DNA of 62,482 bases from Acidimicrobiia bacterium (lineage in GTDB: Bacteria > Actinomycetota > Acidimicrobiia > Spongiisociales > UBA5794): contig JARFRN010000203.1 in NCBI GenBank assembly GCA_029287195.1, positions 1 to 62,482 of the forward strand. The letters run 5' to 3'. The notes beneath the pieces are model-generated. The model did not search any database and was not told the origin of the DNA. It worked only from the letters and a program-made list of their open reading frames with translations. Made by a program: the position numbers and the translations under genes. Positions 35,918 to 43,919 of the stretch are shown one piece after another (the stretch's first letter is position 1; every line of letters starts with the position of its first letter).

Positions 35918-36907
35918 ATGGCACGTCTGCGACTCTTTGCGAATCTGCGCGAAGCGGCCGGCACCGGCCAAACTGAAATCGGGGGAAAAACCGTGGCTGA
36001 GGTGCTGGATGCTGCCAGGGCCGAATTCGGCGAGGACTTCGCTCGTAGCCTCACCATTGCCAAGGTGTGGGTAAACGGGGAACCGGCACAGCCCGAGGAC
36101 ACGGTGACCGAAACCGACGAAATCGCGCTCATCCCGCCGGTGTCGGGGGGAGCCCTCGCTGCTCGCGCCGTGGACGGCTCGGGAGCGCTGTTGGTCATTG
36201 CGCTGCTGGCTGCGCTGGTGATATCCAACTTCGTCGATCGGACGACCTTCGTCTTTGTCCTCGTCGGTACGGCGTTGGCCTGGTTGTGGGACACGACCGA
36301 TGTGCTCAAGCTGCGCCGGCTGACGGTGAACCCAATTCCGCTGATGGTTGGGGCCACGGCTACAGCCAATGGCGCATACCGATGGGGTACGACGGGGTTC
36401 GCCGGTGGGATTGCCGTCGCGATCATGCTGACCCTCGTCTGGAGCGTGCTCGACAAGCAGCAACGCACCACTCGCGCCGTCGGCGTCGCCATGAGTTTGG
36501 CTCTGTTGTCCAGCCTGGCCACCGGAGGACTCACCCTGCTCCATCTCTTCTCTGTTCCCACGGTCAACGCCGCATTGGCCGTGGCGGCTGCAGCCGGCTT
36601 CGCAGCTTGGGGAGTTCAGCAATCGGGCGGCGAAGTTGGCGGGCTCGATCCCAATCTGGGAATGGTGCTGGGAGCCGTCATCGCCGGGCTGATCAGCGGA
36701 CTCGCGGCCGACACCCTCGACACCATCACGATGGTCCTGGCGGCGGCCGCAAGCGCCGCCGGGTTGATCGCAGGACGTGCCTACGGTTCTCTGCTACGTA
36801 CCGGATCCGTCGTTCACACCGCCCGTGCTCCAGGGCTGCTCACTATGTTCGACGGAGCTGTGCTGGGCGTGGCAGCATTCTGGGCAGCCATCTGGATATT
36901 CGCCTGA
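35918..36907 (+). CDS. MoaD/ThiS-like ubiquitin-fold domain (ending in an internal PPVSGG) fused to a ~250-aa polytopic membrane domain
   Basis: Residues 1-78 read MARLRLFANLREAAG...TDEIALIPPVSGG, a canonical MoaD signature (GG codons 36146-36151). The ORF continues without a stop into 7-8 hydrophobic segments of a family I do not recognise. Confidence 0.7.
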   Translation: MARLRLFANLREAAGTGQTEIGGKTVAEVLDAARAEFGEDFARSLTIAKVWVNGEPAQPEDTVTETDEIALIPPVSGGALAARAVDGSGALLVIALLAALVISNFVDRTTFVFVLVGTALAWLWDTTDVLKLRRLTVNPIPLMVGATATANGAYRWGTTGFAGGIAVAIMLTLVWSVLDKQQRTTRAVGVAMSLALLSSLATGGLTLLHLFSVPTVNAALAVAAAAGFAAWGVQQSGGEVGGLDPNLGMVLGAVIAGLISGLAADTLDTITMVLAAAASAAGLIAGRAYGSLLRTGSVVHTARAPGLLTMFDGAVLGVAAFWAAIWIFA

Positions 36908-37316
36908 TCTTCCCGTCGCAGCCACGCCGTCCCGGGAACCAAGCGACTCGCCGATCAGGATTCCTGCAAACGCAGCAACAAGGCCGGCGATCATGGAGAC
37001 GGTCACGTTCCCGAACGCTGCAACCGCCGAGCCGGCACGAGCCAACACGACCGTCTCGGCTGTGAATGTAGAAAATGTCGTATACCCACCGAGCAGGGCG
37101 AAGAAGACGGCAAGCCGCATGGTGGAACCGACTCGCCCGGCATAGACACCTGCCGGCAATCCGAGCAGAAAGCTGCCGGTGAAGTTCACAAACACGGTCG
37201 CCCACGGGAAGCCACCCGAGGTGCCAACCATCCGCCACACGAGATACCGCAGTGCGCTGCCGACGGCGCCGCCGGCCCCGGACCCACACGAGCTGCCTGA
37301 TCACGAGTAGGAGCAT
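36794..37316 (-). pseudogene. crcB: CrcB/FluC fluoride channel with an apparent 1-nt insertion near the 5' end (uninterrupted part 36794..37240)
   Basis: The 36794..37240 frame has FPWATVFVNFTGSFLLG and GGYTTFSTF. The family N-terminus (MLLLVIRQLVWV then GAGGAVGSALRYLVW) is split across two frames around the C4/G4 run at 37276-37279. The span is 523 nt (3n+1). Confidence 0.6.
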
Positions 37317-37399
37317 GGGGCGAGACCTCGAAGCGACCGAGACCCCGCACCTCCGCAGAAGAACGCGTCGCGAAGTGGGATAGCACTCAAGCCCAAACT

Positions 37400-38506
37400 A
37401 TGCTTATGCCGATCATGGGCCATATGCGACGTCGACGCGTTTTGCTTCCATTCCTACTGCTTGCCCTTCTCGGCTTGGCGCCGGTCGGCGCTCTCGCGCA
37501 AACAGACTCCATTGAGGAAGCCAAGGAGGAGAAGGAGGATGCTCTCGCTGCGCTCAAGGCAGCCCAGGCCGAGCTCGACGAGGCTCTGGTCGTGTTCGTC
37601 AATCTCCACTCCGAGTTGGAGGACCTGGAGTACCGCATCGGCCGGATGGAAGGCCGCATCGGCGAAGACGAGGACAACCTCGCCGGCCTCCGCTCGACCG
37701 CGCAGAACCTGGTCACCAGCGCCTACGTCAACAGTGGTTCGAGCACCCTCGAGTCGGCACTGGATGCAGCGAACATCCAGGACATATTGACGGCACAGCA
37801 CATCATCGCCCGCGCCGCCGACAAGGGAACCGCAACACTCGATCGACTGGATGCGATCACCCGTGACTTGATCCGTAAGACGGCAACCTTGGAACAGGAC
37901 CGGCAGCGCGTCGCCGAACTCGAGAGGCAACAGGCCGAGATGATTGCTCAGCTCGACGAGATGCGCGCCGAGCAGGAAGCCCGATACGAAGAGGCTCGCG
38001 AGAAGTATGCCGCCGAAGTGCGGGCTTGGGAGGCAGCCGAGAGAGCTCGCAAGATTGCTGAAGCCGCCAAGAAGAGCGGCGCCGCCGGTGGGCTACCCCC
38101 GGGGACGATTCCTGATTTCATTTGCCCGGTGGCCGGATCAAATCACTTCACCAACGACTGGGGCAATCCCCGCTCCGGCGGCCGCACCCACAAAGGTACC
38201 GACGTATTTGCCGCCAGAGGAACACCACTGGTTGCCGTCACCGACGGAACCCTGCGCTTCAGCGACGGCGGCCTCGGCGGTATCGCCATCTGGCTCAAGG
38301 GCAGCGGGGCCAGCTACTACTATGCCCACCTCGACGGCCGAGCTGCCGGCCTCTCGCCGGGCTCATATGTCACCCGGGGCACGGTGATCGGGTACGTCGG
38401 CAACACCGGCAATGCCTACGGCGGCGCACACCACCTCCACTTCCAAATCCACCCCGGGCATGGCAGCGCGGTCAACCCATACCCAACGCTGGCGAGCGTT
38501 TGTTAA
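37400..38506 (+). CDS. Secreted M23-family metallopeptidase with an N-terminal coiled coil
   Basis: Signal peptide (RRRRVLLPFLLLALLGLAPVGALA) and a long coiled coil. M23 motifs: HKGTDVFAARGTPL, HLHFQIHPG. Confidence 0.85.
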   Translation: MLMPIMGHMRRRRVLLPFLLLALLGLAPVGALAQTDSIEEAKEEKEDALAALKAAQAELDEALVVFVNLHSELEDLEYRIGRMEGRIGEDEDNLAGLRSTAQNLVTSAYVNSGSSTLESALDAANIQDILTAQHIIARAADKGTATLDRLDAITRDLIRKTATLEQDRQRVAELERQQAEMIAQLDEMRAEQEARYEEAREKYAAEVRAWEAAERARKIAEAAKKSGAAGGLPPGTIPDFICPVAGSNHFTNDWGNPRSGGRTHKGTDVFAARGTPLVAVTDGTLRFSDGGLGGIAIWLKGSGASYYYAHLDGRAAGLSPGSYVTRGTVIGYVGNTGNAYGGAHHLHFQIHPGHGSAVNPYPTLASVC

Positions 38507-38512
38507 GGCTCG

Positions 38513-39109
38513 GTGCCACGGACTGGTACCCTCTCCTACCGCAAACTCACCTCGAAAGGGCGCACTCTGAATCAGCATCGCAGGCGAATCGACCAAGTCC
38601 TCGATCCCGAGTTCATAGAGGCAATCGAGCAAGTTCCGCTCGACGAGCTGCGGCGACGACGCAGCACGTGTGACGAGCTCGACGGCGAGCTGTCCTATTA
38701 CCGTCGCCTACTACACGGCCGCATGGACCTCCTGTCGTTTGAGATGCGGCGGCGTAGTGGGGAGGAGTCCCGCTCCCTGCTCGAGGCGCTGCCCGACATT
38801 CTCGCCGACGGCGATGGTGAAGGCTCCCCCTATTTCATGGTCCCAAAATCCCTGCCGGTTGAGCCTCCCGACACCCCGGACGAGGGACGTCGCTCCATCG
38901 ACCGTGTGCTCGGCGACGACTTCCTCGCTCATCTGACGGAGATCGAAGATGAAGAGTTGCGGTCGATCCAGCTGACACTTACCGATGCCGAGCGCAGAGT
39001 CTCCGATCAGCGCCGTTCCGTCTATGAGGTGTTGGAAATCCTGACGCGAGAAGTGGCCAGGCGCTATCGCGACGGATTGGCTTCAGTCACCGAGCTGCTC
39101 GATCAGTAG
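38513..39109 (+). CDS. RsiG-like coiled-coil protein (possible c-di-GMP-binding anti-sigma family)
   Basis: Two helices carry variants of the recalled RsiG motif E-x3-S-x2-R-x3-Q-x3-D: DGELSYYRRLLHGRMD and ERRVSDQRRSVYEVLE. The first is preceded by LDELRRRR. Confidence 0.45.
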   Translation: MPRTGTLSYRKLTSKGRTLNQHRRRIDQVLDPEFIEAIEQVPLDELRRRRSTCDELDGELSYYRRLLHGRMDLLSFEMRRRSGEESRSLLEALPDILADGDGEGSPYFMVPKSLPVEPPDTPDEGRRSIDRVLGDDFLAHLTEIEDEELRSIQLTLTDAERRVSDQRRSVYEVLEILTREVARRYRDGLASVTELLDQ

Positions 39110-40047
39110 TGCTCTTCGCTACGGTTCGGTCGGGCGAGATCGAGGCGACCCACGATGTTTCGATCATCGCCGTCGACGAGGCCGGCAGAGAAATCCGTAG
39201 CTGGGGCGACCGGGAGGTCGAGTTCTTCTACCGCTCTGCCATCAAGCCCTTCCAGGCAACGGCTTCACTGGAGTCTGGAGCCAAACTGGCCCCGGAGCAA
39301 CTGGCAGTAGCGTGCGCCAGTCACGGCGGCTACCCGATCCACCTCTATCTCGTTGAATCGATCCTGGCCGACGCCGGCCTCCCGAAGACGACACTGCAAT
39401 GCCCCCCGGCCTGGCCGCGCGACGCGCAGGCAAAGGATCTGCTGATTGCCGCGGGACATCGGCACGCGCAACGCCTCTACCACAACTGCTCGGGCAAACA
39501 CGCAGGGTGGCTTGCCGCCTGTGCCGCGGGCGATGAGCCAACCGCAACCTATCTCGATCCTTCTCATCCGCTTCAGCTGCGAATCCGCGCGTTGATCGAG
39601 GAAGTGACCGGAGTGGGCGGTGATCGAGTCGGCGTCGACGGGTGCGGCGCACCGACGCTACGCGGCGGGTTGCCGGGCTTGGCTCGAGCCTTCTCCAGGC
39701 TATCGACCGAGCCCCGATTCGAGCAGGCCCGACTGGCGATGCATCGCTTCCCTGCCCTAGTGGCCGCCAACACGCTGGCCGACGCCACATTTGCGGCGTG
39801 GTGGGGAGGTCCGGTGAAGGTAGGCGCCCAGGGACTGATCGCCGCAGGACGCAACGGCGTCGGGATCGCCGCCAAGAGCCACGAGGGATCAGTCGACATC
39901 GCAACCGCCGGGATTGCCGAAGCGGCCCGGCAGATCGGCCTGCTACCAGCAGCGGCAGAAGAGGCTCTCAACGACGTGCGCAGGATTCCGGTGCTTGGCG
40001 GCGGACGCCGGGTCGGGTCGATTCAGCCAATCGCTAACGGGCGGTAA
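39109..40047 (+). CDS. Asparaginase family 2 (PF06089-like) protein
   Basis: Motifs: RSAIKPFQA, CASHGG, CSGKHAGWLAAC, GCGAPT. GTG start overlaps the previous stop (TAGTG). Confidence 0.75.
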   Translation: MLFATVRSGEIEATHDVSIIAVDEAGREIRSWGDREVEFFYRSAIKPFQATASLESGAKLAPEQLAVACASHGGYPIHLYLVESILADAGLPKTTLQCPPAWPRDAQAKDLLIAAGHRHAQRLYHNCSGKHAGWLAACAAGDEPTATYLDPSHPLQLRIRALIEEVTGVGGDRVGVDGCGAPTLRGGLPGLARAFSRLSTEPRFEQARLAMHRFPALVAANTLADATFAAWWGGPVKVGAQGLIAAGRNGVGIAAKSHEGSVDIATAGIAEAARQIGLLPAAAEEALNDVRRIPVLGGGRRVGSIQPIANGR

Positions 40048-40050
40048 AAG

Positions 40051-40968
40051 GTGAGCGACACCAGTCCCTGGCACTCAGCAAGTTTTGAGCTTCCGCCGAT
40101 TGCCCGCGCCGTTGGGCCCTTCCCGCGTCGAGAATTCCTGGAGGCATGGTGGCACCGGCGCGGGTCGGGCAAGCTGCTGAGCGCAGACACCGGCGACAGC
40201 ATTGTCGTTCTCACCGTCGCGGACGGCGTCGTTGAGTTTGCCGGGGAAGCGGACCTCACCGACTACCACACACCCTTGGGGTCGCCCGACGTGCCCGCGC
40301 TGGCCAAAGCGGTCTCGGAGTTGCCCGAAGGCTACCGGCTGGAGCTCGACAGCCTTCCCGAGGAAGCCCGCAATGCCGTTGTTGCCGTATTGCGGGCGGT
40401 CGGACTGGCCCCAGTTTACGAGCAACACGAGCTGAGCGCCGTGCTGCGACTGCCCGACAGCTTCGACGAGTACCTAATGTCGCTCGGTAGGAAGGAGCGT
40501 CACGAGCTGCGCCGCAAACGCCGCCGCTTCGAGAACGAACGGGGCACTACCTCTCTCGAGCGTCGGACAGGCCCGGAAGCAGTCCGCCTGTTCGCAGACC
40601 TGCACCGGCGCAGCTCCGGCGACAAAGGCAGCTTCATGTCGGACGCAATGGAACAGTTCTTCGTCGAGCTGCACGATCAGGCCGGTGGGGCAATCGATGT
40701 GCTGGTTGACGCATCCGGCACCGTTGCCTCTGCTGTTTTTCTCTTCGAAACCGGGAACGAGACCTACCTATACAACAGCGCTTTCAACCCTGACCTCGGC
40801 CACCTCTCCCCCGGCAATGTGTTGATTTCGAGCCTGATCGAGCAAGCCATCTCTGTTGAACACCAGATCTTCGACTTTCTCAAGGGAAACGAGGCCTACA
40901 AGTTTCGCCTCGGCGCCGAAGCACGGCCTCTATACAAGGTAGCGGCGACGATCGGACCAGGAAGATGA
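40051..40968 (+). CDS. GNAT-fold acetyltransferase, CelD/BioF2-like (Acetyltransf_6-like)
   Basis: 305 aa. LGRKERHELRRKRRRFE and a C-terminal ...FDFLKGNEAYKFRLGA are typical of this family. Confidence 0.65.
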   Translation: MSDTSPWHSASFELPPIARAVGPFPRREFLEAWWHRRGSGKLLSADTGDSIVVLTVADGVVEFAGEADLTDYHTPLGSPDVPALAKAVSELPEGYRLELDSLPEEARNAVVAVLRAVGLAPVYEQHELSAVLRLPDSFDEYLMSLGRKERHELRRKRRRFENERGTTSLERRTGPEAVRLFADLHRRSSGDKGSFMSDAMEQFFVELHDQAGGAIDVLVDASGTVASAVFLFETGNETYLYNSAFNPDLGHLSPGNVLISSLIEQAISVEHQIFDFLKGNEAYKFRLGAEARPLYKVAATIGPGR

Positions 40969-42185
40969 TCAACCGGGTTGCCTACTTGTCGCTACACAGC
41001 TGCCCGCTAGTTCAACCCGGCAGCGGCGATTCGGGCGGAATGAACGTGTACATCCGCGAACTCAGCCGAGCCATGGCCGAGCGAGGAGTCGAGGTGGTGG
41101 TGTTCACTCGAAGGACCGACGAGACCACTGCTGAGGTAACCAAGGTAATGCCCGGCTTCAGCGTGGTCCATATCGAGGCGGGCCCGCCGGCCCCGGTATC
41201 GATTCGAAGCCTTCCCGGCCTGGTGGGTGAGTTTGCCGAGGCAACCCTCCGCTGGATCGACGAGCAGGGGGAGCCGTTCGACCTGATCCACAGCCACTAT
41301 TGGCTGTCGGGCTGGGCCGGTGTGCTGCTCAAGGAGAAACTCGGCATCCCGCTGGCCAACTCCTTCCACACTCTCGGCCGAGTCAAGGACCTCAACCGGC
41401 ATCCCGACGACGGCCCCGAAGGGGCGATCCGCACCCTCACGGAGGAAGAGGTAATCGCCCGCTCCGATTGTGTAGTGGCGTCTACACCCTTCGAGTTCGA
41501 GGACTTGCTGGAGCACTATGCCGCCGACCCGGCTCGACTGTGCACATCGCCTCCCGGTATCGACCATTCCGTCTTCAAGCCGGGCGACAAGGCAGCCGCC
41601 AGACTTCGCAGCGGTATCGGGAAGAGGCCGATGGTCTTGTTCGCCGGTCGCATCCAGCCCCTCAAAGGGGTAAACACCGCCATCGCCGCGCTCGAACACG
41701 TGACGACCGCAGAGCCGCCACAGCTGATCGTCATCGGAGGGCCCAGTGGAAGCGGCGGTGCGGCTGAGGTCGCCCGTCTCCGGAGGCTGGTTGGTGAGCT
41801 ACAGCTCGAGGGACGCGTCCACTTCGTTCCCCCGCTGCGCCGCGAGCAGCTGGTCACTTTCTATCAAGCCGCCGACGCCGTGATCATGCCGTCGCGCTCC
41901 GAGACGTTTGGTTTGGTAGCTGCCGAGGCGCAAAGCTGCGGGGCCCCGGTGATAGCGGCAGCGGTCGGAGGGCTGCCTTACATCATCGAACACGAAACCT
42001 CGGGGTTGCTCGTCACCGGCCACGATCCGACCGACTACGCCGCTGCAATCGAGCGAGTGCTCAACGACCGGGTCTTTGCGCGACGGTTGAGCGCAGGCGC
42101 CGTCGAGCTTTCGCAGCGCTTCTCCTGGGACGCCACTGTTGCTCGCTTCCTCGAGCTCTACGACGGGATCACCGGTGGCGACTAG
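40965..42185 (+). CDS. mshA: GT4 glycosyltransferase, MshA-like (D-inositol-3-phosphate glycosyltransferase, mycothiol synthesis)
   Basis: Motifs: YLSLHSCPLVQPGSGDSGGMNVYIREL, and C-terminal SRSETFGLVAAEAQSCGAPVIAAAVGGL. Confidence 0.75.
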   Translation: MINRVAYLSLHSCPLVQPGSGDSGGMNVYIRELSRAMAERGVEVVVFTRRTDETTAEVTKVMPGFSVVHIEAGPPAPVSIRSLPGLVGEFAEATLRWIDEQGEPFDLIHSHYWLSGWAGVLLKEKLGIPLANSFHTLGRVKDLNRHPDDGPEGAIRTLTEEEVIARSDCVVASTPFEFEDLLEHYAADPARLCTSPPGIDHSVFKPGDKAAARLRSGIGKRPMVLFAGRIQPLKGVNTAIAALEHVTTAEPPQLIVIGGPSGSGGAAEVARLRRLVGELQLEGRVHFVPPLRREQLVTFYQAADAVIMPSRSETFGLVAAEAQSCGAPVIAAAVGGLPYIIEHETSGLLVTGHDPTDYAAAIERVLNDRVFARRLSAGAVELSQRFSWDATVARFLELYDGITGGD

Positions 42186-42612
42186 CGCGGCGGCGGATCA
42201 CCTCGTCGCCGTGTTGTCGTCCTGGGTCGCCGATGCCGAGAACGACGCCGAATGGACGGGTATCCACGAAGGGAAGGTCGGTCTTCGCATAGCGCAGCGT
42301 GCTCGCGACTACACCACAATCTGGTTCGAGGTGGGTCAGCGGACTGTCGGCGTCGAGGCCTTCCTGGTGTCGGCTCCCCAAGAGAACCGCGTCGCGGTCT
42401 ACGAGTATTGCCTCAATCGCAACCGAACCTCATGGCCGGCGTACATCGGGCGCGACCGGCAAGGAGATCTCTATGTGATGGCGCGACATCCGGTCACTGA
42501 ATTCGACGCCAAGGCGATCGAGGACCTCGTTGGGGCGATCTACGAGACGGTCGAACTCGCCTTCCCGACACTGCTCCAGATCGCTTACCGCGGTCGCGAA
42601 AAATCCTATTGA
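42175..42612 (+). CDS. YbjN-domain-like protein
   Basis: GTG 42175 overlaps the mshA 3' end. About 145 aa. The position directly after mshA mirrors the mycobacterial arrangement as I recall it. The sequence-level call is weak. Confidence 0.55.
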   Translation: MATSAAADHLVAVLSSWVADAENDAEWTGIHEGKVGLRIAQRARDYTTIWFEVGQRTVGVEAFLVSAPQENRVAVYEYCLNRNRTSWPAYIGRDRQGDLYVMARHPVTEFDAKAIEDLVGAIYETVELAFPTLLQIAYRGREKSY

Positions 42613-42617
42613 GGAAC

Positions 42618-42672
42618 TTGTGAACACCCGTTGTGCACAAGCCCCTGTGGATAGTTGTGGATATGTGGACAT
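42618..42672. promoter_or_regulatory. Cluster of five DnaA-box-like 9-mers
   Basis: TTGTGAACA (42618-26) and TTGTGCACA (42631-39) are in one orientation. TGTGGATAG (42646-54), TGTGGATAT (42656-64) and TGTGGACAT (42664-72) are in the other. Four of five match TTATCCACA or TTGTCCACA at 8/9, and one at 7/9. Confidence 0.45.
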
Positions 42673-42737
42673 ATGGCCCGTCACAGCCAATTTGAGCACC
42701 ATCTATGGCTAATTAACACGAATAACAAAGCAAGAAT

Positions 42738-42958
42738 CCACCAAAACGGCGGACTTGAAACCGGTTGATTCAGTCCCTAGGTTCGGTATTGCAAAGCCCA
42801 AGGTGCTCAGACATACAAACCTCGTCCGGGGAAGTGCGGGGGGATGTGTAGTCGGGGTTCCTTGGGCTTTTGCATTCGGCACATCCGACAATCCCGTTCC
42901 TGAGTAGCCGAGGCCGAAGTATCAGAGCGGCTTGTTCAACGCAAGAACGGTTCAGCCG
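42738..42958. ncRNA. Candidate structured non-coding RNA or 3'-UTR element (unclassified)
   Basis: 347-bp gene-free, lower-GC gap between convergent genes. GCAAAGCCCAAGG (42791-42803) pairs with CCTTGGGCTTTTGC (42860-73), interleaved with GGATGTG (42842-48) pairing with CACATCC (42880-86). The minus strand ends in CCGCC-GUUUU-GGUGG plus a U-rich tail (42738-52). Confidence 0.2.
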
Positions 42959-43846
42959 CTAGATCCCGAAGATCAGCTGGCGCAGACGAACCCGGCTCGT
43001 CTCGTAGGTTTCGAGATCGATCCGCATCGAACCCAAGCGGAGCCCCCGCATCTGATCACCGTGCCGGGTGGCGACCCTGATGACACCGTCGTCGTGTTCG
43101 AGCGCACCCAAGCCGAGGCATTCGCCCGATTCGTTCTGCACGCCGACGAGCATTCCTTCCAAACGCGACAGATCGAACGCCTCCGGCAACGTCGGCGCAA
43201 ATACCGACGAGTGGACCCGCCACCGCTGCAGATCAGGCTCGAACGCGCTACGAAACGCCGCGATCAGCTGCGCCCTCAGCTCGAGTGGCCCCTTTACATC
43301 GAGACCCGGTGGTGGTTCGGATTTGGCAACTCGGGCACCCAGGAATCGACGCAACATACCTATTGCCGGCTCCAGTTCCTCGCCCCGCTGGATGGCAATG
43401 ATGAGCGCCGGGGCGCACAGCTCGGTGATGTGATAGATGAGCGTCTGCCCGACTACCCCGGACACGACACTGCTCGTATCCAGCACGATGAAGTCGGCGC
43501 CTTGCCTCGCCTCCTCGACCAAGGTCGCAGTGGCAACCACGTGCGGGAGCACCACCCCCTGGGGCTGTATGGACCCGACAAATCGAACCGAGTCGGCGCG
43601 CGAAAGGTCTTTCAGGTCGGCCTCGGATCGGACCCAGCGGAGCCCCACGCAGGCCGGCGGACCCGTGGTGGATGCGGCAACGTCGGAGTCGACGTATGCG
43701 ACGGAACGGCCGGCAAGCAGTGCGTCGCGCAGGAGGAGGCGAGCCATCGTAGTCTTCCCGGTGTTGGCGGCGCCCATGACCATGACGACACCGCGTTCGC
43801 CGACAACGCGCTCCCGCAATGACGCGTACGGCTCGGTCTGCTCCAC
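42959..43846 (-). CDS. Clp1/Grc3/Nol9-family P-loop polynucleotide 5'-hydroxyl kinase-like protein
   Basis: Motifs: VMVMGAANTGKTTMARLLL (Walker A), VAYVDSDVAASTTGPPACVGL, FIVLDTSSVVSG (Walker B region), and LIIAIQRGEELE. Their order and spacing are as in Clp1_P domains. Confidence 0.65.
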   Translation of the reverse strand: MEQTEPYASLRERVVGERGVVMVMGAANTGKTTMARLLLRDALLAGRSVAYVDSDVAASTTGPPACVGLRWVRSEADLKDLSRADSVRFVGSIQPQGVVLPHVVATATLVEEARQGADFIVLDTSSVVSGVVGQTLIYHITELCAPALIIAIQRGEELEPAIGMLRRFLGARVAKSEPPPGLDVKGPLELRAQLIAAFRSAFEPDLQRWRVHSSVFAPTLPEAFDLSRLEGMLVGVQNESGECLGLGALEHDDGVIRVATRHGDQMRGLRLGSMRIDLETYETSRVRLRQLIFGI

Positions 43847-43919
43847 GAAGCCTCCTGTGAGATCCCTACAACCGGATTCTATGACGACCCGGCGCCATTC
43901 CGATCACGCGTGATCGAGA

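Noticed and set aside
36843-37316. 157-aa Arg-rich ORF as a gene.
   Set aside because: Only its first ~12 codons look protein-like (the CrcB N-terminus). The rest is the out-of-frame reading of crcB.
37317-37399. Fluoride (crcB-motif) riboswitch upstream of crcB.
   Set aside because: I could not find the conserved GGxGAUG...AACCGCC...CUGAUGAU pattern on the minus strand. A covariance-model scan would be needed to be sure.
42617-42641. Rex operator reading of CTTGTGAACACCCGTTGTGCACAAG.
   Set aside because: The half-sites TTGTGAA and TGCACAA are 9 nt apart rather than the 4 nt of ROP sites. The sequence fits better as two direct DnaA-box-like 9-mers in the larger five-box cluster.
42750-42840. 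Two possible RNA matches in the gap. One is a tRNA-like T-arm (GGUUUCAAGUCC on the minus strand). The other is an SRP-RNA-like GUCCGGGGAAG (plus strand).
   Set aside because: The T-arm analogue has only a 3-bp stem and an 8-nt loop, with no acceptor or anticodon arms. The SRP-like string lacks the flanking conserved helix-8 sequence and its complementarity.
42709-42891. 60-aa minus-strand ORF (MSDVPNAKAQGTP...) in the convergent gap.
   Set aside because: There is no RBS, the composition is odd, and it lies in a region with strong RNA-like complementarity. I treated the region as candidate non-coding sequence instead.
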